Part shown: piece after piece, positions 1-9,806 of the stretch
How positions within the stretch are numbered: position 1 is the stretch's first letter
Layout: each line of letters starts with the position of its first letter
Sequence record: MK799832.1
Strand: one strand, 5' to 3'
Length of the DNA stretch: 64,000 nt
Made by a program: the position numbers and the translations under genes
Notes under the pieces: model-generated
Database searches by the model: none
What the model was told of the DNA's origin: nothing
Seen by the model: only the letters and a program-made list of their open reading frames with translations

Positions 1-63
1 ATCAATGTTGCATCTGGTGCCACTGTCACAGTCAATTCAGGTTCAGTTTGGAGTGTAGTATAA
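1..63 (+). CDS. 3' end of small virion/tail-associated protein (partial)
   Basis: Frame 1 reads INVASGATVTVNSGSVWSVV-stop; TAA overlaps the next ATG (TAATG). Confidence 0.6.
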   Translation: MNVASGATVTVNSGSVWSVV

Positions 64-677
64 TGACTGTAAGAATTAGCGGAACAAATACTACAGCAGC
101 ACCTGGTTTTCAGGGTGGTGATTCAGACACAGGTATCAGACCTGGCACTAATGAAATTGAATTTGTAACTGGTGGTAGTGTAGCTGCAACGTTTAATAGT
201 AGTGGTAATTTAGTATTTCCAGATACTCAAGGTATTGACTTCTCTGCTGCTTCAGGGTCTGCTGCTGGTAGTACTTCTGCAATTCTTGATGATTATGAGG
301 AGGGCACTTTTACACCATCATTTTTAAACGGCACTTTCACATACGGATCTAGTTTATCAGGTCTATACACAAAAATTGGTAATCAAGTTACTGCACACTT
401 TCAGATTCCTTGGACTGCTAAATCAGGTAGTGGAACGTTGGGAGTTGTATTACCTTTTGTTTCAGGAGGTGATCTCACTAATAGATATTGTGGTACTTTT
501 GGATATGTAAGTGGTGTAGACACTATGAGTAACCGCCAAATAGTTGCCACAGTCACCGGCACTGGTAATAATTTTGTTGTATATGTTCTCGGTGACAACG
601 CTTCCCCTGATGCTTCACTTGTCGAAAATATGTCGTCAACGGGGGAGCTTCAAGCAACCATCACTTTTATAGTTTAA
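63..677 (+). CDS. Tail-fibre-like protein (GIDFSA...DDYEEGT family)
   Basis: Shares the GIDF...DDYEEG.[FW].P...Y.K.G block with 4787..5749 and 47071..48069; ATG at 63 is coupled to the upstream stop. Confidence 0.65.
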   Translation: MTVRISGTNTTAAPGFQGGDSDTGIRPGTNEIEFVTGGSVAATFNSSGNLVFPDTQGIDFSAASGSAAGSTSAILDDYEEGTFTPSFLNGTFTYGSSLSGLYTKIGNQVTAHFQIPWTAKSGSGTLGVVLPFVSGGDLTNRYCGTFGYVSGVDTMSNRQIVATVTGTGNNFVVYVLGDNASPDASLVENMSSTGELQATITFIV

Positions 678-738
678 ACTTATTTCTGAACAGTTGATAA
701 CGATAATAAATATATAATAAGAATGGAGGTTCATTAAA

Positions 739-1326
739 ATGCCAGTTAGGTTAAATGGTGCCACATCTGGATATACAGAGTTGAGTGCACCAGCTGTTGC
801 TGGTATCACTACAATGACGATGCCCACTGCAAGTGGAACTCTTGATCGCCTTGAACGTTCTGGAAATATTTTGCAGGTTGTTCAGAATACGTTTACCTCA
901 ACAACAAATAGCACTTCCACTTCTTTTGTTGATACAGGGTTATCAGTAACCATAACCCCCACATCTTCTAGTAGTAAAATTTTTATTATGACTTCATTTT
1001 TGTTTGGTCAAAGAAGAACATCTAATTTGACTCAAGACCATATGAAGTCTTTTACTTTATTAAGGGGATCTACTAATATTGCTCCTGCTAACAATTCATT
1101 TTTTCAGGCACAAAATCAGGCCTCGGGTAGTATAAATTTTGCTGAACAAACTCAAGTCTGTGCTATTAACTATCTTGATAGTCCTTCTACAACCAGTGCA
1201 ACTACATACAAGGTTCAAATGAAGACAGACAATTCAGCTGTGATTATATGGTTCAACTCCCGAGGTAATGGGGATGGTGATCATCCTGGGACTAGTACAA
1301 TAATTGCTATGGAGGTTGCAGCATGA
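739..1326 (+). CDS. Tail-fibre-associated protein
   Basis: T/S-rich, GNILQVVQ...DTGLSVTITPTSSSSKI motif typical of cyanophage fibre cassettes. Confidence 0.55.
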   Translation: MPVRLNGATSGYTELSAPAVAGITTMTMPTASGTLDRLERSGNILQVVQNTFTSTTNSTSTSFVDTGLSVTITPTSSSSKIFIMTSFLFGQRRTSNLTQDHMKSFTLLRGSTNIAPANNSFFQAQNQASGSINFAEQTQVCAINYLDSPSTTSATTYKVQMKTDNSAVIIWFNSRGNGDGDHPGTSTIIAMEVAA

Positions 1327-1646
1327 CTAGGGATTTAGCAATTAGAGCAGTACATACAAACGTCGTTACTGTTTACGATGGTAATCGTGCATATGACGCA
1401 AACGGAGCAGAAGTTACATTAGATGAGAGTCTAATTGAAGCAAAAATAACTGAGTTAGATATTTCAAACAAATGGAGTGAATTACGTAAAGAACGTAATC
1501 GTCTTCTGGCTGAAACTGACTACTTGGCATTGTCGGATTTGACACTGAGTGCCGAAATGACAACTTATCGTCAGGCATTGAGAGATCTTCCATCAAATAC
1601 ATCAGATCCAGCCAATCCAACATGGCCTACTAAACCAGGAAGCTAA
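1323..1646 (+). CDS. Phage tail assembly chaperone-like protein
   Basis: C-terminal LRKERNRLLAETDY...YRQALRDLP...WPTKP signature; overlaps the upstream fibre gene. Confidence 0.75.
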   Translation: MTRDLAIRAVHTNVVTVYDGNRAYDANGAEVTLDESLIEAKITELDISNKWSELRKERNRLLAETDYLALSDLTLSAEMTTYRQALRDLPSNTSDPANPTWPTKPGS

Positions 1647-1648
1647 CC

Positions 1649-2869
1649 ATGAGTACCTTAAGAGTTTACAATATAGAAAACCCTTCCACCGCAGCAGGTG
1701 GTATTGGTATTGCAACTGATGGTTCAGTGACTGTTGGTGGTCTTCAATATCCTACTGCTGGTCCATTAAGTAATCGCAACTTGATCATCAATGGGGCGAT
1801 GCGGGTAGCGCAAAGAGGGACAACTAGCACGTCAGGAGGTTATCAAACTGTTGACCGAATGGACGTGCAGTTCGGGCAAGGCTCTCATACACAAAGCCAG
1901 GAAACGCTAGCAACTTCTGACAAGCCATTTACAGAAGACGGTCATAGTCATTTTCTAAGGGTAACAAATACAACTGGGTCCACTGCAGCCGCTGCTTATA
2001 GAGGCCCTTCAACCATATTAGAAGCGCAAGATATTGCTTCTAGCGGTTGGAATTACAAAAGTGCATCAAGCTTTATTACTTTAAGCTTTTGGGTTAGGGC
2101 AAGCGTTAGTCAAGAATTTTACGCAAGCTTAGCAACATTTGACGGCACAGGTCAAAATTATGTTTTTTCTTTTACACCAGCGGCTGGTACTTGGACAAAA
2201 GTAACCAAGTCAATTCCAGGAAATTCAAATCTGCAATTTGATTTAGACAACGGTCCAGGTCTAAAGATTAGCATTTCAGCTTTTTGGGGCACAAACTGGA
2301 CAGCCTCATCGACTACCACTGATTCTTGGCAAACTTTTACAAGCACCGAACGATTCCCTGATTTTGCCACTACTTGGGCAAGCACTGATGGTGCAACCTT
2401 CGACCTTACTGGAATCCAACTAGAATTAGGTTCCAAGGCTACACCTTTCGAACATCGGAGTTATGGTGATGAGCTTGCAAGATGTCAGCGTTATTTTTAT
2501 ACCCATTTAGGTACTGACGCTACTGCTGACGGAATCGGAACTGGATCAATTTGGACTACTAACCAGATATATATAGCCGTTCATCATCCAGTAACGATGA
2601 GATCAACACCCGTCTTTAGTAATAATATATCTGCATCAACACCTGGATTTATCCGTGTATTTTCTGCTGGAGTGGCTAGTTTTAACCAAACTGGTTCTAC
2701 TTTTGGTACACAAAGATGCGGAACAAATTGCTCTATAGTTTACTTGTCGGATTTTTATGACAATGCAAATGGCACTGGAGGTAGTGTTGTTACATATACT
2801 GCAGGAGATGCAGGATGGCTCGAAGTATACAATGATGACTTAAGAATGGATTTTAGTGCAGAATTATGA
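1649..2869 (+). CDS. Tail fibre / carbohydrate-binding-like protein (NLIING..QRG...ATPFEHR family)
   Basis: Conserved anchors NRNLIINGAM, LTGIQLELG..ATPFEHR..ELARCQRYF; paralogue of 3096..4397 and 45470..46855. Confidence 0.65.
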   Translation: MSTLRVYNIENPSTAAGGIGIATDGSVTVGGLQYPTAGPLSNRNLIINGAMRVAQRGTTSTSGGYQTVDRMDVQFGQGSHTQSQETLATSDKPFTEDGHSHFLRVTNTTGSTAAAAYRGPSTILEAQDIASSGWNYKSASSFITLSFWVRASVSQEFYASLATFDGTGQNYVFSFTPAAGTWTKVTKSIPGNSNLQFDLDNGPGLKISISAFWGTNWTASSTTTDSWQTFTSTERFPDFATTWASTDGATFDLTGIQLELGSKATPFEHRSYGDELARCQRYFYTHLGTDATADGIGTGSIWTTNQIYIAVHHPVTMRSTPVFSNNISASTPGFIRVFSAGVASFNQTGSTFGTQRCGTNCSIVYLSDFYDNANGTGGSVVTYTAGDAGWLEVYNDDLRMDFSAEL

Positions 2870-2911
2870 TCATGTACAAAATTTACATTGACAATTAAAG
2901 GAGTTCAATTA

Positions 2912-3076
2912 ATGTATAAAATTCACAATAACAATCAAGGGGAGCAAATTGGAGTTGTTTATCAAAGAAATAATTTTAAATTTTACGTTCCGAATGACGA
3001 GAACAACTCCGAATACCAGAGATATCTAGAATGGGTCGCTGAAGGCAACACACCATTACCTGCTGACTCTGAATAA
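2912..3076 (+). CDS. Small fibre partner protein
   Basis: AAGGAG RBS before ATG 2912; ends YLEWVAEGNTPLPADSE like 46860..47048. Confidence 0.6.
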   Translation: MYKIHNNNQGEQIGVVYQRNNFKFYVPNDENNSEYQRYLEWVAEGNTPLPADSE

Positions 3077-3095
3077 ATAACTAAAAAGTTTCACA

Positions 3096-4397
3096 ATGTC
3101 TAGAGTAAGAGCTGACAGATATACTGATAGGGCAGGAACTGGATCACCCACATTCTCTGAGGGTGTGAATGTTATTGGTATCTCCAGTCTCGGTATTACG
3201 ACTGTGACTGGAGTTGGTCAGACTGCTCTGACAGTAAATGGAGATGCAAGAATCACTGGAGTTCTGACAGTTGGTCAGGGTTCAGTTACGATTGGTAGTA
3301 CCAATATTACCACTGAATACATTAATGACTTACAATATCCTACCAATGGACCTTTAAGTAACCGTAATATTATTATTAACGGCGGGATGCAGGTTGATCA
3401 GAGAAATAATGGTATTACTAGTACAGCATCAGCCAGTGCCGAATATTGTATTGACAGGTTTACAATTCAAGCCAATGTTGGTACTGGACATACTACAATT
3501 CAAAGTAATGATGCTCCTGATGGATTTGGTCACTCATTAAGACTAGAAGTAGGAAGTGGGAGTTCTCCTGGAGCAGATGATTTTGGTAGATTATATTATA
3601 GTATTGAAGGATATGATGTTAACTGTCTGAACTTAGGTACAGCAGAGGTTGAAGCATTTACATTATCTTTTTATGTTAAATCATCACTAAGTGGAACATT
3701 TGGTGGTACTATTAAAGACGAGGGTGCACCTAGTGCAACCTACACATTTTCCTACACTGTAAGTGCAACAAATACTTGGGAACGTCATACAGTCACAGTA
3801 CCTGCAGGAACATTTACAAGTGGAACATATCAAACTCAAACTGGTCGTGGATTATTAGTATCATGGGATTTGGGAGAAGGGGCAAATAGAAGTTTATCAA
3901 CTGGATATAGTACAATTGCTCCTGGGGGTCAACTGGGATTGACGGGTGGTGTAAAAGTTTTAGAAACTACAGGTGCAACTTGGTTATTGACTGGTGTGCA
4001 ACTAGAAAGAGGTACAAGAGCAACACCTTTTGAGCATAGGACATATTCAGAAGAATTATTAAAATGTCAGCGATATTTTCTAAAGATTAGAAATCTTTCA
4101 AACGGTCAAGCAAGAACAATGATAATGGGTGCTTATAATGCTACAAGAGCATTTGGTGGAATTCCATTACCAACTATGAGAATTGATCCTACAACAACTT
4201 TTAATAATATGAGACTTGAAGAACTTGATTTGACTGGATCAAGTGTTATGACAAAGTTTTATACTTATACAACCCAACCAGATGGTTGGATGACAGGAAT
4301 GGAGGCGAATGTAGCCTCTGGATTAGTTGGTAACGTATCATATTATGTGAGATTTACTGACGAAACTTCCTTTGTAGCCTTCGACGCCGATTACTAA
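3096..4397 (+). CDS. Tail fibre / carbohydrate-binding-like protein
   Basis: Same anchor motifs as 1649..2869; preceded by TAAATAACTAAAAA late-promoter motif. Confidence 0.65.
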   Translation: MSRVRADRYTDRAGTGSPTFSEGVNVIGISSLGITTVTGVGQTALTVNGDARITGVLTVGQGSVTIGSTNITTEYINDLQYPTNGPLSNRNIIINGGMQVDQRNNGITSTASASAEYCIDRFTIQANVGTGHTTIQSNDAPDGFGHSLRLEVGSGSSPGADDFGRLYYSIEGYDVNCLNLGTAEVEAFTLSFYVKSSLSGTFGGTIKDEGAPSATYTFSYTVSATNTWERHTVTVPAGTFTSGTYQTQTGRGLLVSWDLGEGANRSLSTGYSTIAPGGQLGLTGGVKVLETTGATWLLTGVQLERGTRATPFEHRTYSEELLKCQRYFLKIRNLSNGQARTMIMGAYNATRAFGGIPLPTMRIDPTTTFNNMRLEELDLTGSSVMTKFYTYTTQPDGWMTGMEANVASGLVGNVSYYVRFTDETSFVAFDADY

Positions 4398-4398
4398 A

Positions 4399-4767
4399 AT
4401 GTATAAAATTATAGAACAAAATTTAAAGGTAATTCAACTTATCTCCAAAAACGCATTTTTTAAAGTAGGAGATAATCGTTATTTCAAGAAATTTCTTGAA
4501 GATGTATCGAATGATGGATTAGGTATAGTTGAAGGACCTGATGTCATTGAACCTTCTTATTCTGAACTTAGACGACAAGAATATCCATCCCGTGAGGATC
4601 AATTCGATATGCAGTTCCATGATCAAGTAAATGGGACAACAACATGGAAAGATACTATTCAAGCAATCAAAGATAAGTATCCAAAGACCATCACTGGTGG
4701 AACTTCTATCGGTCCAATTCCTGATTGGGTTCAAGAAGAAGTTGATAAGTACAATTCTTCTCTCTAA
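4399..4767 (+). CDS. Fibre chaperone-like protein
   Basis: YSELRRQEYPS..DQFDM..WKDTIQAIKDKYPK motif; directly follows a fibre gene. Confidence 0.55.
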   Translation: MYKIIEQNLKVIQLISKNAFFKVGDNRYFKKFLEDVSNDGLGIVEGPDVIEPSYSELRRQEYPSREDQFDMQFHDQVNGTTTWKDTIQAIKDKYPKTITGGTSIGPIPDWVQEEVDKYNSSL

Positions 4768-4786
4768 ATAACTAAAAAGTCTTCAG

Positions 4787-5749
4787 ATGTCTAGAATAAG
4801 AGCCAATAACATTGTCAATGGTGCTGGTACTGGAGCTCCTACATTTCCTAATGGTGCAGTCATCAGTGGAATTGCAACAATAAATGCTGATATTGATTCG
4901 AATAGTAATATTACTGTGAATCAGATTACATCATTACAATCACTTGGAGTCGGTACTGGAGCAACTGTTACTAACCCTGCTGATAATGAACTCGCATTTA
5001 ATACTAATGGAACTGAGAGAGTTCGTGTAGATTCAAGTGGCAATGTTGGCATTAATACAACTCCTTCATATGCCCTGGATGTAAATAGTGCTGCCATTCA
5101 GATTGGAAACTCTACAGACGCATTTATTCAGTATAAATCAACAGCAGGTAATTGGCACGCAGGAGCACACTCCGACAATGCTTTAGTGTTTTATAGTGGT
5201 ACATATGGAACTGGCACTGAGAAAATGCGTCTCAACAGTGCTGGTAATTTAGTATTTCCTTCAGGACAAGGTATTGACTTCTCTGCCACTGGTGATGGTT
5301 CAGGAGTAGCATCATCTGAACTTTTTGATGATTATGAAGAAGGCTCTTGGTCACCTATATTTGCAGATTCTTCTGGTGCACAGGCAAGTCAAACGTATTC
5401 TGTCCAGAGAGGTAGATATGTTAAGGTTGGTAGACATTTGACCTGTACTTTTGATGTTCAATTGTCTGCTAAGGGTACGTTTGGGGGGTCTTATATAATC
5501 CTTGGTGGTTTACCTTATTCAACTACTCAGGGCTCGAACTGTGGTGGTACATTGACCATTGGTTACTATTCTGGATTTAGTTTACCTGCACAAGCAAATG
5601 TAATAAATGGTTATGTAAATTCAGGAAATGTGTATATTATGACTCCTCGTGACGCTAATGGGTCAGACTATCTTACAACTGGTGAAGTTTCACAAATAAA
5701 TAATGATTCTAGACTGATTGGTACTATTAATATAATGTTAGATGTTTGA
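4787..5749 (+). CDS. Tail-fibre-like protein (GIDFSA...DDYEEG family)
   Basis: TERVRVDSSGNVGINTT repeat plus the shared C-terminal block with 63..677. Confidence 0.65.
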   Translation: MSRIRANNIVNGAGTGAPTFPNGAVISGIATINADIDSNSNITVNQITSLQSLGVGTGATVTNPADNELAFNTNGTERVRVDSSGNVGINTTPSYALDVNSAAIQIGNSTDAFIQYKSTAGNWHAGAHSDNALVFYSGTYGTGTEKMRLNSAGNLVFPSGQGIDFSATGDGSGVASSELFDDYEEGSWSPIFADSSGAQASQTYSVQRGRYVKVGRHLTCTFDVQLSAKGTFGGSYIILGGLPYSTTQGSNCGGTLTIGYYSGFSLPAQANVINGYVNSGNVYIMTPRDANGSDYLTTGEVSQINNDSRLIGTINIMLDV

Positions 5750-5934
5750 TATTATATTCATACCATAAGACCACTTGACAAACTGTCACACCTGACCTCC
5801 AGATGACCTCTGGGGGTCTTATAGTATGCTCAGTTACCTAAGGGAGATGACCACCACACACAAACTAATCTTCATCGCATCCTTTATGTGGATGATGAAT
5901 TGGGGTACCAGAGTTGTCTATCAAGGATTGTCAC

Positions 5935-6273
5935 ATGCATTCTATTGAAGTTGTCCCGTCATTTACACCTGTACCGTCTTGTAAACCCCTTCTAGAGTGG
6001 TTCATGACAGAATATCTGTCTGACCATAGTGTAGACCTTACAGTGGTCTATATGCCCCTATCTGATGAGGGTGTGACTGGATGGTGTATGAGGGAGAGTG
6101 ACTATGAGTTTGTCATTCAAATAGATGAAAATCTAAGGGGTGATGAACATGATAAAACTCTCTTACATGAGATGTATCATTGCATGCAACATCTGATGGG
6201 TATTCCACGATGTGAGATGTGTGCTAATCTATCAGAAAACTTGTTACTTGACAAGTACAACAATCAGGACTAG
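5935..6273 (+). CDS. HExxH metallopeptidase-like small protein
   Basis: TLLHEMYH zinc-binding motif. Confidence 0.55.
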   Translation: MHSIEVVPSFTPVPSCKPLLEWFMTEYLSDHSVDLTVVYMPLSDEGVTGWCMRESDYEFVIQIDENLRGDEHDKTLLHEMYHCMQHLMGIPRCEMCANLSENLLLDKYNNQD

Positions 6274-6298
6274 AATAGGCTTGTCCTGGAAGATGAGG
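6248..6298 (+). promoter_or_regulatory. Sigma70-like early promoter with conserved leader
   Basis: TTGACA 6248-6253, 17-nt spacer, TAGAAT 6271-6276, then AGGCTTGTCCTGGAAGATGAGG. Confidence 0.7.
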
Positions 6299-6319
6299 AT
6301 CCTTTAAGTTATTAAGACC

Positions 6320-6514
6320 ATGAAGACCAAGTTCATTTGTGTACAACCAAAATCAAATAAAGCAAAGAACCGATTTGCAAATCTTATGAATGAACTACAC
6401 AGTTGTCGTGTAGAACAAGAGAAAGAGGACAGTATGTTCCTGAGTTCTATTACTGGAAATTACAGTTTCTGGTTTCAAAAACAAAATGACCCTAATTGGA
6501 TGGTGATCAAATGA
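6320..6514 (+). CDS. Hypothetical cyanophage protein
   Basis: ORF directly after the promoter. Confidence 0.6.
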   Translation: MKTKFICVQPKSNKAKNRFANLMNELHSCRVEQEKEDSMFLSSITGNYSFWFQKQNDPNWMVIK

Positions 6515-6649
6515 ATTACGAAGAAATTCGTAAGGAATTAGAGACTTCAGAGATAGAGGGATGGAAGAAAAGATTTCATCCCTACCACAATGTAAAGAAG
6601 ACTTACAAAAGGGTGGACCTATACTCTGAAATATGTAAATATTTCAACA

Positions 6650-6892
6650 ATGAGTGTTGATTCCATGACAATGCCTAAGGGGAATGATCTCTCAAAGAAA
6701 GAGATTGATTCAATGGAAATTGCTGTCAAAGAGGCAAGTATCACCGCCATTCATCCTGATCGGATGGAGGCATTCGCAGATTACCTTGTTCAAAAACTTC
6801 AAAATAATGAAACTCGACCCGAAACAAAAACTTGTGATTGCACATGCTCAAGTGGAAAATCTTCTTGCATTAACCGAGGAGATGGAGTATGA
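6650..6892 (+). CDS. Hypothetical protein
   Basis: ORF track; part of a run of small same-strand genes. Confidence 0.45.
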   Translation: MSVDSMTMPKGNDLSKKEIDSMEIAVKEASITAIHPDRMEAFADYLVQKLQNNETRPETKTCDCTCSSGKSSCINRGDGV

Positions 6893-6971
6893 AAGTTATA
6901 TTCAAAGTAAATTGTATAAACTCAAATATGAATTTGAACGTCAGATGAAATGTCTTGACATTTCTGTATAA
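6807..6971 (+). CDS. Hypothetical protein
   Basis: ATG at 6807 within track ORF 6684..6971. Confidence 0.5.
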   Translation: MKLDPKQKLVIAHAQVENLLALTEEMEYESYIQSKLYKLKYEFERQMKCLDISV

Positions 6972-7005
6972 ATCAATTATAGTTTATGTAAAATTACAGG
7001 AGTAA

Positions 7006-7239
7006 ATGAAGTACCTCTACACTGTGGATCATTATGTACCCTTTCCACAATCAGAATATGGTGGTTTATGGGTAGTCAGAGCATCTGATGATGAGGAATG
7101 TTTTGATTTGATTACATCAGCAGATAATGAGTTATATCCTGAATTTTATGGTAAACTCAGGGAGAACATCAGTCATTCAAATAAATATGAATTGGTTGGT
7201 GATGCACCATCTGAAGTTGTAGAGAGTTTCCTAACATGA
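7006..7239 (+). CDS. Hypothetical protein
   Basis: AGGAG RBS before ATG; translationally coupled to the next ORF. Confidence 0.6.
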   Translation: MKYLYTVDHYVPFPQSEYGGLWVVRASDDEECFDLITSADNELYPEFYGKLRENISHSNKYELVGDAPSEVVESFLT

Positions 7240-7436
7240 CAAAAGAAAACGATCCCAACGATAAGTACGCAGAGTACGAAGTTGATTTTCACGCAAATGA
7301 ACCTCATTCAGAAGATGAGGTAGACCCAAATTCAGGGAAGATTGATGATTGGCATGAACGTCACAAAGACAAACAATTAGATAGGTTTTGTGACACCCAC
7401 CCCTCAGCTCCACAATGTAAAGTTTTCGATGACTGA
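7236..7436 (+). CDS. Acidic hypothetical protein, CP12-like C-terminus
   Basis: Ends FCDTHPSAPQCKVFDD, resembling the C-terminal cysteine pair of CP12; lacks a clear CP12 N-terminus. Confidence 0.45.
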   Translation: MTKENDPNDKYAEYEVDFHANEPHSEDEVDPNSGKIDDWHERHKDKQLDRFCDTHPSAPQCKVFDD

Positions 7437-7611
7437 ACCTGAAAAACTTGCTCTCAGTCTTATGATTGAGAGTGTGTTAGAACCAGACTCAAAACTCCGT
7501 GTTTGTGCTCACGACGAAGGATGTTTTGAAGAATTGATGGAATGGCGTCAGAAGATGCTTGACCTGCTCTATAGTTATGAAAAGAATGGAATTTCCCCAC
7601 AAGGCACCTGA
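7429..7611 (+). CDS. Hypothetical protein
   Basis: ATG overlaps the previous stop. Confidence 0.5.
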   Translation: MTEPEKLALSLMIESVLEPDSKLRVCAHDEGCFEELMEWRQKMLDLLYSYEKNGISPQGT

Positions 7612-7864
7612 AGGTTTCAAATATGAGACCGACCAATTCTCAAAAACTGTAATTCGTATTTGGATTCGTAATTATAATTACGAATTCGTAGGATGTTCAG
7701 AACCACATCCTAAATCAGTGTGGGGTTTCTTTTGTCAAAAGACTAAACAATTCAAAGCACCCATTCACAAAGACAAACCAGGTAAAATTGTAAAACCAGA
7801 AGACACAACACCGTATTCTGCCATGCAGTTGAACCTCAATCCACTCATGTCAGCATTTCAATGA
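7586..7864 (+). CDS. Hypothetical cyanophage protein
   Basis: MEFPHKAP...VWGFF...TPYSAMQLNLNPL. Confidence 0.6.
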   Translation: MEFPHKAPEGFKYETDQFSKTVIRIWIRNYNYEFVGCSEPHPKSVWGFFCQKTKQFKAPIHKDKPGKIVKPEDTTPYSAMQLNLNPLMSAFQ

Positions 7865-8064
7865 AAGACTTAGACCCTTCACAAATTACATTAGAATCAC
7901 CATCTAAATCGTTTGCATACGAGAAGATTTCACGTGATATTGATGAATGTAGTGATGTAGTAGTGTTAAAAGAAGCTCTTCGTTGTTACGTTAAACTATA
8001 CTTCAAACAACAAGAAACAATTTCTCTTATTGGAGCACCAAATATCCACAATGAAAACATTTGA
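7861..8064 (+). CDS. Hypothetical protein
   Basis: ATGA overlap with the previous gene. Confidence 0.55.
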   Translation: MKDLDPSQITLESPSKSFAYEKISRDIDECSDVVVLKEALRCYVKLYFKQQETISLIGAPNIHNENI

Positions 8065-8350
8065 TGTTCAGGTTAATGATTATGTGAAGTGGCATCACAA
8101 TAATAACTGTGATGAAGGGTGGGTATATTTCAAGTGTGATGATTATATTACCATTGAAGTTGGTGTCAAACCTAAACCCTATTGTAATATTGTCAAAAAT
8201 AAGTTACACTGTAATGATCACATTCTAGTCGTCTGTCAATCACAATTTTGGGATGAATTAGAATATATTAAAACGAGAGAATCTAAAGATGAAAATTCGC
8301 AATGTTTTGTTAGGACTATCACTGTTGATCGTCCCTCCAGCCATGGCTAA
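8051..8350 (+). CDS. Hypothetical protein
   Basis: EGWVYFKCDDYITIEVGVK; part of the small-gene run. Confidence 0.55.
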   Translation: MKTFDVQVNDYVKWHHNNNCDEGWVYFKCDDYITIEVGVKPKPYCNIVKNKLHCNDHILVVCQSQFWDELEYIKTRESKDENSQCFVRTITVDRPSSHG

Positions 8351-8960
8351 TGAGACAAAGATTACTAAAGGGTACAATACCATGGATGCCATGGGTTGTA
8401 TGATTGTAAGAGAGTGCACAAAAGACGTGGATGAAGTCTTTAGTCTTCTCGATATTTCAAGTCAGTACCCTAACACTGAAGAATTTTCATCAGTTTCTCT
8501 TGAGTTTAATACTCTGTTGATGACACTGAATCAAATTGGTGTCAATGTATATCTAGCAGATCAAAAATATTTTCCAAAGAATCATCGTGGTGTATATCAC
8601 ACTGTAACTAATAATTTCTATCTGAATAAAGATTATATGGGTGATCCAAGTGTCTTGATGCAGTTGATGAGACATGAAGGATGGCATGCTGCACAGGATT
8701 GTATGGCTGGAACAATCAAGAATAGTTTGATTGCAATTATTCTACCTGAAGAAGATGTTCCTATGTTGTGGCGTGTGATGGTTGAACGTACCTATCCCGC
8801 ATCCGCAGTGCCCTGGGAGGCAGAAGCACAATGGGCAGGACGTACTGAAGGAATGACACAAAAAGCATTGACTGCTTGTGCCAAAGGTAATATGTGGGAA
8901 ACATATACACCAACACCAAAGACTAAAGAGTGGTTGTTAGAAAATGGTTACATCAAATGA
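8289..8960 (+). CDS. Putative exported HExxH metallopeptidase
   Basis: N-terminal signal-like segment and MRHEGWHAAQDC motif. Confidence 0.6.
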   Translation: MKIRNVLLGLSLLIVPPAMANETKITKGYNTMDAMGCMIVRECTKDVDEVFSLLDISSQYPNTEEFSSVSLEFNTLLMTLNQIGVNVYLADQKYFPKNHRGVYHTVTNNFYLNKDYMGDPSVLMQLMRHEGWHAAQDCMAGTIKNSLIAIILPEEDVPMLWRVMVERTYPASAVPWEAEAQWAGRTEGMTQKALTACAKGNMWETYTPTPKTKEWLLENGYIK

Positions 8961-9157
8961 TTCCAATTTATATTCAAGAACCAATTACTTGGAGAGAGAT
9001 TGAAGTTCCACAAGAAATTATTCAACATTGTAGTGAATTTACTCAGTTAAATCCATACGATATTGATAATCCCACAGATAAACTTCGTCTTTTAGATTGT
9101 TATTGGTACAATATGAATTACTATAAAGATATTGTCGTCGTTCCTCCTGGTTGGTAA
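8957..9157 (+). CDS. Hypothetical protein
   Basis: Coupled start at 8957. Confidence 0.5.
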   Translation: MIPIYIQEPITWREIEVPQEIIQHCSEFTQLNPYDIDNPTDKLRLLDCYWYNMNYYKDIVVVPPGW

Positions 9158-9360
9158 TGTGGAGAATATGGTCACTTGCATTAGGTAGAAAAGATGGACG
9201 AACGGATCGGGAAGCTGATTATATCGCTGTCATTAGGACTGTGGTTTTTGTTACTTATTTCATCACAAACTGTTTTATTGTCGCTGGTGTCGCGCGTCAC
9301 TGGAACTCAGTAGACAGTTGTAATTCTGGCACAATTCTCTTGACACCTGCTCCTAAATAG
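9157..9360 (+). CDS. Small membrane protein
   Basis: One hydrophobic segment; TAATG coupling. Confidence 0.55.
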   Translation: MWRIWSLALGRKDGRTDREADYIAVIRTVVFVTYFITNCFIVAGVARHWNSVDSCNSGTILLTPAPK

Positions 9361-9614
9361 ACTATAGTCTTAAGGTAGTCAATCAGGAGTTCTCATGTCT
9401 GCCACTTATCTTCCTCAAAAGACCAAGTATCGCGTCACGCTCGAGTTAGATGTAATGGACGATTTCAACCCTCATAATATCGATTGGGAAAAAGTTCTCG
9501 ATGTTCAAGGTAATGAATCTATCGAGGCTTATGTGGAAGACTTGTCGGTACCTGACTGTTTCTTCTCCTGATAATACCAAGGGTGATAAATAATCATATT
9601 ATCACCCTCCAATC

Positions 9615-9806
9615 ATGGCCTTTTACGCAACTAAACCATCATTGATTGATCCAAGTATCACAGTATATTATGCTGGTGGTAATAGATGGTCTGACCAATC
9701 ATCAGAGAAAGTAACTTATGCAACCCGTGATGGTTTAGATGCGAAGGTTGCCAACGTTGATGGTAAGACTGGTGGGTTCAAAAATGCTACGGTCGTAGAA
9801 GAATGA
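9615..9806 (+). CDS. Hypothetical protein
   Basis: Preceded by ATAAATA late-promoter motif. Confidence 0.55.
   Translation: MAFYATKPSLIDPSITVYYAGGNRWSDQSSEKVTYATRDGLDAKVANVDGKTGGFKNATVVEE

Noticed and set aside
63-5749. Diversity-generating retroelement acting on fibre genes
   Set aside because: No reverse transcriptase and no template/variable repeat pair differing at adenines was seen
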